This document shows positions 12,373 to 19,995 of a stretch of DNA of 64,000 nucleotides, piece by piece (the first letter of the stretch is position 1; each line of letters starts with the position of its first letter). The notes beneath the pieces are model-generated. The model saw only the letters and a list, made by a program, of their open reading frames with translations, ran no database searches and had not been told where the DNA came from. Position numbers and translations under genes: made by a program. Location: NCBI GenBank assembly GCA_021788015.1, contig JAJYLD010000004.1, forward strand, positions 3,580 to 67,579, given 5' to 3'. The DNA is from a bacterium. Its GTDB lineage: Bacteria > Patescibacteriota > Patescibacteriia > Patescibacteriales > JAKAJF01.

Positions 12373-12727
12373 TTTAATTCACCTCCTTTCAAGGATAAAC
12401 GAAACTCAAAACGCTTTTTACATTTTTTGAGTTTCGAAAAAAATTATTATCTATTTATATTATATAAGAAATTTTTTTAGATAACAATACCCGGGCGTTC
12501 TTTTTTTCGAGAAAATAATTTTATTTTTTAAAAAAATTTTTCTGAAAAAAATATTTTTTTCGCCCGACAATTTTTTCTTAAAAAATTTTTTATAGATCGT
12601 TTTTTAAGAAAAGAAAAGCGCGTTTCTTAAAGAATGATCGAACAAGGCGGGGGGGATGGTTTATTTTTTGCTTAGATTTAAAAAAAGGCTAATTTTAAAT
12701 AAAAATAATAAACAGAATTAAAATATC

Positions 12728-12756
12728 TTGACAATATTTTTCTCCCGTGCTAAGAT
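12728..12756 (+). promoter_or_regulatory. sigma70-like promoter (TTGACA-17-TAAGAT)
   Basis: 'ttgaca' 12728-12733, 17-nt spacer, 'taagat' 12751-12756. Points into the long hairpin at 12782. Confidence 0.4.
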
Positions 12757-12781
12757 AATTTGTTATTTAAAAATACAAAAT

Positions 12782-12911
12782 AAAAAGCCGGTTTAAGCGG
12801 GACAGGCACGACAAGCATGGGGATTTTCTTTGAGGGTATATTTGGTAACTTTTGTTACTAAATTTTTCCTTGTAGAAATTTTCTTGCCTGTCCGCTTAAA
12901 CCGGCTTTTTT
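12782..12911 (+). ncRNA. candidate small RNA / bidirectional terminator: 27-bp perfect stem with ~76-nt loop
   Basis: 'aaaaagccggtttaagcgggacaggca' (12782-12808) pairs perfectly with 'tgcctgtccgcttaaaccggcttttt' (12885-12911). T-runs on both strands and an inner 'gtaac tttt gttac' hairpin. Confidence 0.3.
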
Positions 12912-12969
12912 TATAAAAACAAGAAAGCTGTGGATAACTTAAGGACAAAATTTGAAGATTTTGTTCTTT

Positions 12970-14808
12970 TTAGTTTGAGGTGCTTGTCGCATTTTCGGGC
13001 GTACTGGTCGGGGTCGATAATTGTTTCACGCCCAAAAGACAAACTTTTTGCCACGGCACATAATGGGAATAAAATGTTCTCTTCTTAATATCGCCACCCG
13101 GATAGGCAACCGTATAATTAAAATAAGCGTCGGCGCCGTTATGCGCGAGTTCGGTGCATTTCATTTCCCCGGGAGGGAGATCGAGAGTCTCGGTGATTTT
13201 AGGCGGTTTCGGTTTTACGATATTGTAAATGGTCGGAGCGGTTTCCTCGACCTTGCGTCCGTCTTTTGTGCCCCACATGTCGAAATAAATCTTAGTTCCT
13301 TCTATGCGCGACTGAATCAAAATATAATTTCCGGTATCGTTTATAAAACGCAGATCCGGAGAAGGATCGTATATGGTCGCATCCGTGCCGGCTGGTTCGT
13401 AATAACTGACTCGGTAAGAATGATTTTGTCTTTCCGTAATCGGAAGGCCGGTATTTAAGGCGGCCCGGAACATGGTTGTGGCGATTTGGCACAATCCGCC
13501 GCCGTAATCGGGAACGGTTTTGTTGTCTTTTATGACAAGCTCCGGCAAATAGCCGGTTGCTTTATCGATTTCTCCCAGCGCTTTGACAAGAGAAAATTCT
13601 TCATTCGGTTTTATCAGCATCCCGTCAAGCGTGTTCGCTCCGACATTAATATTATGAATGCGGTTTTTGGGAGAGCCGGAGAAATTCGATTCCCCCGTGC
13701 CGATTATTTCTTTAATGCCCAAGTCGGTCAGTCGGGTGGGTCCGCCTATGCTTTTTGCGGTGTCGACCGCCAATTCAACTTGGTAGTTGCCGTCGAGCAC
13801 GCTTTTGCCGATTTCTTCCGAGCTGGAAGCGACATTCAATTCAAGACCGTCTTTGTTTGATTGGATGGCGATGATTTTTCCGGTCCCGTCAATTTGGAAT
13901 TTTGCGTTAATCGGTTCTTTGTTCAATATGGGCGCGATCGTATTATTAAGATAATCGCTTATGGCGTCCTGGTTTAAAAAAATTTCAACCTTGTTCTGAT
14001 CGTAATTTTTTTCAAGCGCAAGCCAGGAAGCGAGAACTTGTTTTTTTATTTTCCATTCTTGATCGCCGTATTTCAAAACAAGCGGATTTTTTAAAATTTG
14101 TTTGGCCTCTTCGGTCATTCCCCCGCAATCCTTTTCATAAACCCGGGGAGAACTAAGCACGGAATAAAGTTCTATTTCGGAATTGTCGAGATTTTCCAAA
14201 TTCAACTGGAGCGAGTTTATTCCCCGGGCGTAATCAATCACTTTGCCGGACTCTTCTCCTTGAATGGAAAATTTATCGGTTTCATGGTTATAAACCAATG
14301 AAGCGTCCTTAGCCGGTATTTCGTAATGGGAATATTCTTCGGCCAAATAAGTCCTCACCGCTTCAGTATCGATTTTTGTGAACATGGGGACGTTATGCCC
14401 GAAAATTAACGCGGTTAAAATGTCTTTAAGGTCGATAAATTCGTTTCCCTCCCTGCCGTAACCCAAAGCTTTTTTTATGGATTCGTCGGGATCGAAAGTG
14501 ATAATTTCGTAAGCCGAATCGTTTTTCGAGATTATGGGATAAACGGCGATTTGATCGCCGGCATAACTGAAGGGCACGCCGTCATTGTTTATGACTTTTA
14601 TTTTTTGGTTTAGGATATTCCAGGCGTCTCCGTAAGTTTTTCCCCCGAGATCGAATTCGGCCGCGTACACGCCGGGATAAATTCTGTCTCTGTAATAATA
14701 TTTAAAAAAGGAATAGACGCCTATCAAAAGAAAGAGATTGATAAAAAAAATGATTGCAAACTTAGGCAACCATCCGGAGAGCGTGTCTTTCTTTTTTTCT
14801 AAAAACAT
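12970..14808 (-). CDS. VanW family protein (N-terminal TM anchor)
   Basis: VanW core 'GGGLCQIATTMFRAALNTGLPITERQNHSYRVSYY' and N-terminal hydrophobic segment 'FAIIFFINLFLLIGVYSFF'. Confidence 0.85.
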   Translation of the reverse strand: MFLEKKKDTLSGWLPKFAIIFFINLFLLIGVYSFFKYYYRDRIYPGVYAAEFDLGGKTYGDAWNILNQKIKVINNDGVPFSYAGDQIAVYPIISKNDSAYEIITFDPDESIKKALGYGREGNEFIDLKDILTALIFGHNVPMFTKIDTEAVRTYLAEEYSHYEIPAKDASLVYNHETDKFSIQGEESGKVIDYARGINSLQLNLENLDNSEIELYSVLSSPRVYEKDCGGMTEEAKQILKNPLVLKYGDQEWKIKKQVLASWLALEKNYDQNKVEIFLNQDAISDYLNNTIAPILNKEPINAKFQIDGTGKIIAIQSNKDGLELNVASSSEEIGKSVLDGNYQVELAVDTAKSIGGPTRLTDLGIKEIIGTGESNFSGSPKNRIHNINVGANTLDGMLIKPNEEFSLVKALGEIDKATGYLPELVIKDNKTVPDYGGGLCQIATTMFRAALNTGLPITERQNHSYRVSYYEPAGTDATIYDPSPDLRFINDTGNYILIQSRIEGTKIYFDMWGTKDGRKVEETAPTIYNIVKPKPPKITETLDLPPGEMKCTELAHNGADAYFNYTVAYPGGDIKKRTFYSHYVPWQKVCLLGVKQLSTPTSTPENATSTSN

Positions 14809-14810
14809 AT

Positions 14811-15026
14811 TTAATCTTTCGGATTTAAAATTTCATTTAGAATTTTTTTCGCTTTTTCTTTTTCTTCTCGTTCGTATTCGTCCGAGTTTTTAATATCGAA
14901 GATCAAAACCGCCCCCTCCTTAACTTCGGGCAAATTGTTTTTCGGCCATTCGACGCTTTCCCCTTTTTCGGTTTTTAAAACGGCCGTTTTTCCTTCAAAG
15001 CGATCGATTGTCATTTTTATAACCAT
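14811..15026 (-). CDS. DUF3006-like small protein
   Basis: 'IDRFEGKTAVLKTEKGESVEWPKNNLPEVKEGAVLIFD' matches the DUF3006 pattern. The start could instead be the internal ATG at 15014. Confidence 0.6.
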   Translation of the reverse strand: MVIKMTIDRFEGKTAVLKTEKGESVEWPKNNLPEVKEGAVLIFDIKNSDEYEREEKEKAKKILNEILNPKD

Positions 15027-15036
15027 AGAAACGCAT

Positions 15037-15489
15037 TTATATTTCTTTGACTTTTATTGCCACTTGCTTCGGTTTCGCTTTCGGCAAGATTACGGTCAAA
15101 ACGCCGTTTTCCAAATAAGCGTCGACTTTTTTTTCCGCGCTGATTTCAATCGGTAAGATTATAGAACGGGAAAACGACCCCCAATAACATTCGCGGGCGA
15201 AATAATTGTCATCGGAAATTTCTTCTTCCATTTTTCGTTTTCCTTTTATGGTAAGCATGTCGTTGTGCAGAGAAATGTTTAAGTCTTCGGGCTTGACTCC
15301 GGCAATCGTGGATTTGACGATCAGTTTATCCTTCGTTTGAAAAACATCAACCGAAAGTTGCCCTTCTTCATAATCGTCTTCAAGCCAGTCATCGTCAAAA
15401 GACGAATCATTGCCGTAATATTCCTCCGATTTCACTTCGGGAATAATTTTTGTTTTTGTTTTGAATGGAATTAAATTTTTTAGCTCCAT
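15037..15489 (-). CDS. Hsp20/alpha-crystallin family small heat-shock protein
   Basis: 'LSVDVFQTKDKLIVKSTIAGVKPEDLNISLHNDMLTIKG...GSFSRSIILP...ENGVLTVILPK'. Start trimmed to 'MELKN' (cat at 15487-15489). Confidence 0.85.
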   Translation of the reverse strand: MELKNLIPFKTKTKIIPEVKSEEYYGNDSSFDDDWLEDDYEEGQLSVDVFQTKDKLIVKSTIAGVKPEDLNISLHNDMLTIKGKRKMEEEISDDNYFARECYWGSFSRSIILPIEISAEKKVDAYLENGVLTVILPKAKPKQVAIKVKEI

Positions 15490-15627
15490 AGAGAATTTTA
15501 TTTTTATGTTTCTATTATACAATAAAAAGAACATGAGAAGCAAATAGATTTTGGGATAATTGGGATTATTGTGATTTTTGAGATCATTGGGATTTTTTTC
15601 ATGTATCCCAACTCTCAAAAACAGGTG

Positions 15628-15700
15628 TGCTCGCAGATGGATTTGAACCGTCGACCCCCGCTTTATAAGAGCGGTGCTCTAACCGCTGAGCTATGCGAGC
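15628..15700 (-). tRNA. tRNA-Ile (anticodon UAU)
   Basis: Cloverleaf read by hand: GCTCGCA/TGCGAGC acceptor, GCTC-AGCGGTTA-GAGC D arm, CCGCT-CTTATAA-AGCGG anticodon arm, GACGG-TTCAAAT-CCATC T arm (one mismatch). No encoded CCA. Confidence 0.8.
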
Positions 15701-15726
15701 ATAAACATTTTAAATTTTGGAAACTT

Positions 15727-15813
15727 GGCTCATCGACCCAGCCGGTATAAACCGGCTTGCTCTAACCGACTGAGCTACCGGTGTATGCAGAACATATGGG
15801 AACTTTATGAGCC
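15727..15813 (-). other. aberrant tRNA-like element (canonical D arm, 6-bp stem with 6-nt 'TTTATA' loop, no T arm)
   Basis: Minus strand reads GGCTCAT-29 nt-TA GCTC AGTCGGTTA GAGC AA GCCGG TTTATA CCGGC TGGGTCG ATGAGCC. The 7-bp terminal helix is GGCTCAT/ATGAGCC. No 'GGTTCRANYCC' T arm. Confidence 0.35.
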
Positions 15814-15839
15814 GCCCGGGACGATGTTGTAAACTAAAA

Positions 15840-16394
15840 TTAAAGTTTGTTTATTTTATTAAACACCTCGCTATAATTCACCTTACGAAAATCTGTTGTA
15901 TCCACTTTAATTACCGGTCCCCCTACATCTAATGGCTTTGAGTATTTATCAAAAACCTCATCGAATTTATTAAAGTGCTTATTGTCTATATGTCCAGGGT
16001 GTCGTTTTCCTTTCTTCCATCTATTTTCAAATCGCTTTTTTAAAATATCAAACTCGCAATTAAAGTTTACCTGAATTAATGAATGGCCGTACTTTACTCC
16101 CAATTTTTTTAATTGGAGGTTAAATTCTTGGCCAAAATTTGACTCCATAATAAAGTTAAATCCGGTTGAAGCTAATCTTTCTGCAAAATCTAGTAATATT
16201 TTATTGCTCGCTACACTCAATTTTTTGCTCCACGCTATACTATTTTTCCACCCGACTGTTTCAAATAAATTTTCTTTAATGACATCTTTATTTAAAAAAG
16301 GCATTTTAAATTTTTCAGTCAATAACAAACCAAAAGTAGTTTTACCTGTGCATGGCGCACCGGTTATAATTATTATACTTTTCTTTTTCTTCAT
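15840..16394 (-). CDS. P-loop NTPase / small-molecule-kinase-like ATP-binding protein
   Basis: Walker A 'ITGAPCTGKTTFG'. Start trimmed to 'MKKKKSIIII' (16394) because the upstream ORF-track codons are read through a tRNA-like fragment. Visibly more AT-rich than its neighbours. Confidence 0.7.
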   Translation of the reverse strand: MKKKKSIIIITGAPCTGKTTFGLLLTEKFKMPFLNKDVIKENLFETVGWKNSIAWSKKLSVASNKILLDFAERLASTGFNFIMESNFGQEFNLQLKKLGVKYGHSLIQVNFNCEFDILKKRFENRWKKGKRHPGHIDNKHFNKFDEVFDKYSKPLDVGGPVIKVDTTDFRKVNYSEVFNKINKL

Positions 16395-16399
16395 ATATG

Positions 16400-16432
16400 T
16401 GGGCGACAGAGGAGTCGAACCTCTGACCTTTA
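16400..16432 (-). pseudogene. 3' portion of a tRNA-like gene (T arm plus acceptor 3' strand)
   Basis: Minus strand reads 'AAGGTC AGAGG TTCGACT CCTCT GTCGCCC A'. GTCGCCC is complementary to GGGCGAC at 16750-16756. Confidence 0.5.
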
Positions 16433-16512
16433 CAATAAAAAATAAGAGCGCTCCCCACCCCGCTTCGCCTCGCTGCCTTTTTAAATTTATTCCGCCTTTT
16501 ATATTTTTGTTG

Positions 16513-16586
16513 TGGGTGTACACCGATTTGAACGGTGGACCTTTACGATGTCAACGTAACGCTCTAACCAACTGAGCTATACACCC
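16513..16586 (-). tRNA. tRNA-Val (anticodon GAC)
   Basis: GGGTGTA TA GCTC AGTTGGTTA GAGC G TTACG TTGACAT CGTAA AGGTC CACCG TTCAAAT CGGTG TACACCC A, a fully canonical cloverleaf. Confidence 0.9.
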
Positions 16587-16737
16587 AAGTATTTTCGTTC
16601 CACAAAGGCGAAGCAAGGCGGGCGGGTAACTTCACCCCGTCACTTCTATCCGCTTCCAAAAAAATCAATTAGAAATTTTTCTTGTTTCTCGTTTTGACCC
16701 GTTCTTTAATAATAAAGCAGAAAGAAGTGACGGGGGC

Positions 16738-16756
16738 AAAACTGAGCTAGTCGCCC
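16738..16756 (-). pseudogene. 5' portion of a tRNA-like gene (acceptor 5' strand plus D-stem 5' strand)
   Basis: Minus strand reads 'GGGCGAC TA GCTC AGTTT'. Matches the 3' fragment at 16400-16432. Confidence 0.5.
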
Positions 16757-16822
16757 GAAAATAAAATAAAGGAACAAAATTCCTTTATTTCACTTTAACA
16801 CCTTTTTTCGGTTTTTTCAAGG

Positions 16823-17968
16823 CTATAAAGAAATTTTTTTAAGTTTTTCTTCGATAGCGTTTACAACCCGTTTTTCCGCTTCCTGGATGGATTCATTAAG
16901 AGTAAACTGGGCTGTGTTTTTCGTTCCGCTCGGGTTGAATTCTTTCGTCAATTCAAGGGCGTCAAGGCCTTTGATGGCGTGAATCATCGCTTTCGTGACC
17001 GGTCCGCCGTTCAGGCCTTCGTAAAACAAGGCGATCACTTTGACTTGAGGCATGTTTATAATCAGTTCATCGACAATATCGTCAACGTTTGATTCATTCG
17101 TTCCGGTTTCGACGAAATCGTAATGCGTAATCCGGGACCAGACAAATTTTTGTTCGAATGAACTGGAAAGTCGCGAAAGGATTCTTCCCCAGAGTTTCAA
17201 CGTGTTCAAAGCTCGGGAACGATATAAATTGTTGTTTATTTCTTCCCGCCTCGCCCCCATGGAAATAAGTTGAGCGGCGACAGAAAGAGATTGGGGAGTG
17301 ATGTTCGGAGTTTTAAAGCTTCGCGTTTTTGAAATCATGCCGGTTAAAAGGCAGGTGGCGATATCTTCGTCCAGGGCGTCGGGAGAATAATCTTTAAGCA
17401 AAGAAAAAACAATTTCCGAAGTGGCCACGGCGGTCAGATTAATCAGATTTATTTGTCCGAATTCTTCGTTTCCGGAATGGTGATCTATGTTTACAATCGG
17501 CAGCTTGTAAAAAAGCTCCGTGTTTTCTTCATAAATTTTGCCGAGCGATTCCAAATCGGATGTGTCCAAAACGAAAATCAAATCGTATTTGTAATCATGA
17601 ATATTGGTGTTGATATCTTCTTGCGTAAATTTGCCGTCGCGAACCGTGATGATGAATTTTAACGTGTTCTCGTCGATGCGGTATTTGATTTGGTTGATTT
17701 TTCGATCGGCTATGTCCAAAGAAATGATGAATTTATGCAAATTGTCTATCGAATATTTGATTTCGTTATGCGCGGGCAGGAAGGAAAAAGCTTCGCCCTG
17801 TTTGAATTGTTCGGCGGCGATTTCGACTTTTTTTCCGAGTTTTTTTAAAAATAAATAGAGAGCCAAAGCGGAAGATACGGAATCGCCGTTCCATGTTTTC
17901 CGGAAAGTTATTAGAATATCTTGAGCTTTTTTGATTTGTTCAAAAAATTGCTGCTTTTGGTTGAGCAT
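16823..17968 (-). CDS. DHH-family phosphoesterase (NrnA-like, DHH plus DHHA1)
   Basis: 'NIDHHSGN', 'GDSVSSALALYLFL', C-terminal 'GGPVTKAM..' DHHA1-like region. Start trimmed to 'MLNQKQQ' (17968), because upstream codons cover a palindromic repeat. Confidence 0.7.
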   Translation of the reverse strand: MLNQKQQFFEQIKKAQDILITFRKTWNGDSVSSALALYLFLKKLGKKVEIAAEQFKQGEAFSFLPAHNEIKYSIDNLHKFIISLDIADRKINQIKYRIDENTLKFIITVRDGKFTQEDINTNIHDYKYDLIFVLDTSDLESLGKIYEENTELFYKLPIVNIDHHSGNEEFGQINLINLTAVATSEIVFSLLKDYSPDALDEDIATCLLTGMISKTRSFKTPNITPQSLSVAAQLISMGARREEINNNLYRSRALNTLKLWGRILSRLSSSFEQKFVWSRITHYDFVETGTNESNVDDIVDELIINMPQVKVIALFYEGLNGGPVTKAMIHAIKGLDALELTKEFNPSGTKNTAQFTLNESIQEAEKRVVNAIEEKLKKISL

Positions 17969-18159
17969 CTTTAATATGCGGGCCACCGCCGACTTCCGCC
18001 CCCGATCATGGTTCCGGCGACACCTTTTCATTAAAAATTCCCCTTTTAATTCAAAGGGGATTAACAGCAAGGGGCGATAAAACACTTTACCGTAAAAAAT
18101 TTACAATGTCAAGCAAGGAGAAAGTCATTAATTTTAGCCTTTTTTCTTAGGTTTTAAAC

Positions 18160-18188
18160 TTGTCATGCCGGCCCTTATGCATTATAAT
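18160..18188 (+). promoter_or_regulatory. sigma70-like promoter (TTGTCA-17-TATAAT)
   Basis: 'ttgtca' 18160-18165, 17-nt spacer, perfect 'tataat' 18183-18188. Confidence 0.55.
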
Positions 18189-18225
18189 TATACTAAATAT
18201 GAATCCTTTTTGAAATTTTATGGAT

Positions 18226-18345
18226 CCCGTTAGAAGTTGCGATCGCTTCAATGGGGAAATGCGGTTACAAAAAATTTTTTTATATATACATAACATATAT
18301 AGATTGCGCAATCAAAATTTTTGATCGCGATCTGCTTCTAACGGG
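18226..18345 (+). promoter_or_regulatory. structured 5' leader: 11-bp helix 'cccgttagaag'/'cttctaacggg' closing on the start codon
   Basis: Arms at 18226-18236 and 18335-18345. Inner 'gcgatcgc'/'gatcgcgatc' helix. The ATG at 18346 follows immediately and no SD is visible. Confidence 0.5.
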
Positions 18346-19581
18346 ATGGAATTAGAAAATAAAAATGAAAAGAATGCAAAATTTTTGGCTTTTCCGAAAG
18401 GATTTTTTTGGGGCGCTTCGACCGCTTCGCATCAAATCGAGGGCGGGAACGTAAACGACTGGAGCGAATGGGAAAAATCGCCGAAAAGAATGGCGGAATT
18501 AAAAAAGAAAAATAAAAATCCGGAAGAATACATTTCCGGGAAAGCGTGCAATTCATATGAGCTTTTTGACGAAGATTTAAAACGCATAAAAGAATTTAAT
18601 TTGAACGCTTACCGTTTTTCCATCGAATGGTCGCGAGTGGAGCCGGAAGAAGGAAAATGGAACGAAGAGGCAATCGACCATTATAAAAATGTTGTAAAGA
18701 AATTAAAAGAGAACAATGTCGAGCCTTTTGTTACCGTTTGGCATTGGACAATTCCGCTTTGGGCGCGCGATCGGGGCGGCTGGTCGTCAAAAAAAATTCT
18801 TGATCCGTTTTCCCGTTTCGCGGAGAAAATGGCAAGCGAATTGAAAGATGTGAAATTTTGGATAACTTTGAACGAACCGGAAGTTTACGCCGGCCAGTCT
18901 TATCTGATTGGCATATGGCCGCCGCAAAAAAACAACCCCTTTGTTTATGTCAAAGTCATTCGAAATTTGATCAAAGCGCATAACAATATTTTTCACGTAA
19001 TCAAAAAAATCAATCTGGAAGCTAAAATAGGAATCGCCAATCCCAACATTTATTTTGAAGCCTACAAGAACAGATTTGTAAACATTGTTTTAAAAAAAAT
19101 TGTCGACTGGTGGTGGAATTTTTATTTTTTAGACAAAACGAAGAACGGGCTGGATTTTATCGGCCTTAATCATTACCACCACAGCCGGATAAATTACGGT
19201 TTCCATAAAAATGAAAATAAGATCGTTTCCGATTTCGGCTGGGAGCTTTATCCGGAGAGCATTTATCACGCTTTGATGGATTTAAAGAAATATAACAAAC
19301 CGATTTATGTCACCGAACACGGTTTGGCCGACGCGAAGGACAGATATCGAGAGTGGTTTATCGTCGAATCGTTAAAAAATGTCCATCGAGCCATTGACGA
19401 AGGGGCGAATGCGCGCGGGTATTTGCATTGGTCGCTTTTGGATAATTTCGAATGGGCGGAAGGATTCACGAAAAAATTCGGTTTGTGCGAAGTCGATTTT
19501 AAAACTTTCAAACGTGCGCCGCGGCCTAGCGCAAAAATTTACGCCGAGATTTGTAAAAATAACGGTTTTATGCTAAAATGA
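18346..19581 (+). CDS. glycoside hydrolase family 1 (beta-glucosidase-like)
   Basis: 'FPKGFFWGASTASHQIEG', acid/base 'TLNEP', nucleophile region 'YVTEHG', 'WSLLDNFEW'. Confidence 0.9.
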   Translation: MELENKNEKNAKFLAFPKGFFWGASTASHQIEGGNVNDWSEWEKSPKRMAELKKKNKNPEEYISGKACNSYELFDEDLKRIKEFNLNAYRFSIEWSRVEPEEGKWNEEAIDHYKNVVKKLKENNVEPFVTVWHWTIPLWARDRGGWSSKKILDPFSRFAEKMASELKDVKFWITLNEPEVYAGQSYLIGIWPPQKNNPFVYVKVIRNLIKAHNNIFHVIKKINLEAKIGIANPNIYFEAYKNRFVNIVLKKIVDWWWNFYFLDKTKNGLDFIGLNHYHHSRINYGFHKNENKIVSDFGWELYPESIYHALMDLKKYNKPIYVTEHGLADAKDRYREWFIVESLKNVHRAIDEGANARGYLHWSLLDNFEWAEGFTKKFGLCEVDFKTFKRAPRPSAKIYAEICKNNGFMLK

Positions 19582-19610
19582 TAACTCGATCATTCTTGTT
19601 GACCTCTATT

Positions 19611-19637
19611 AAACTCCGATTTAAAATCGGAGTTTTT
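19611..19637 (+). terminator. rho-independent terminator
   Basis: 'aaactccgat ttaaa atcggagttttt'. Confidence 0.7.
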
Positions 19638-19685
19638 CTTTTTAAGCGCATGTGATAAAATATAACTGTATATAACTGTACGAAT

Positions 19686-19995
19686 CCCGTTAGAAGCCCT
19701 GATGATAGGTAGGCGCGATCGCTTCAACGGAGACGTGAATATTTATTTTTAATGCAGATCGAAATTTTATTTGATCGCGATCCCGATACCACCAATTCTG
19801 TCGGAGTTGACTACGGGACAAGTATCATCGCAAAGAAATTATTATTAACTGCGTCTCGCCCCCGTAGTCACCGAGTTTACGAGGTGTACCCCGTTAGAAA
19901 TCTTTGGGATAAACCAAAGTAGAAATTTTTCAAGGACATATCAGTCCGGACGGAATTTCTAACGGGGCGTACTACCGGGGTCCGCTTCTAAGGGG
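19686..19995 (+). promoter_or_regulatory. structured 5' leader, expanded version of the 18226-18345 motif
   Basis: Outer arms 'cccgttagaag' (19686) and 'cttctaagggg' (19985) with one G-G mismatch. Shared 'gcgatcgcttcaayggrga' and 'ttgatcgcgatc'. Inner perfect 13-bp copy 'ccccgttagaaat' (19889) / 'atttctaacgggg' (19955). ATG at 19996. Confidence 0.45.

Noticed and set aside
16400-16756. tmRNA (the ~357-nt size, tRNA-like ends and 'GGTTCGACTCC' T arm suggested it)
   Set aside because: The acceptor stem lacks the G3-U70 alanine identity pair. No tag-peptide ORF ending in a hydrophobic 'AA*'-type tail is visible. The interior contains a fully canonical tRNA-Val.
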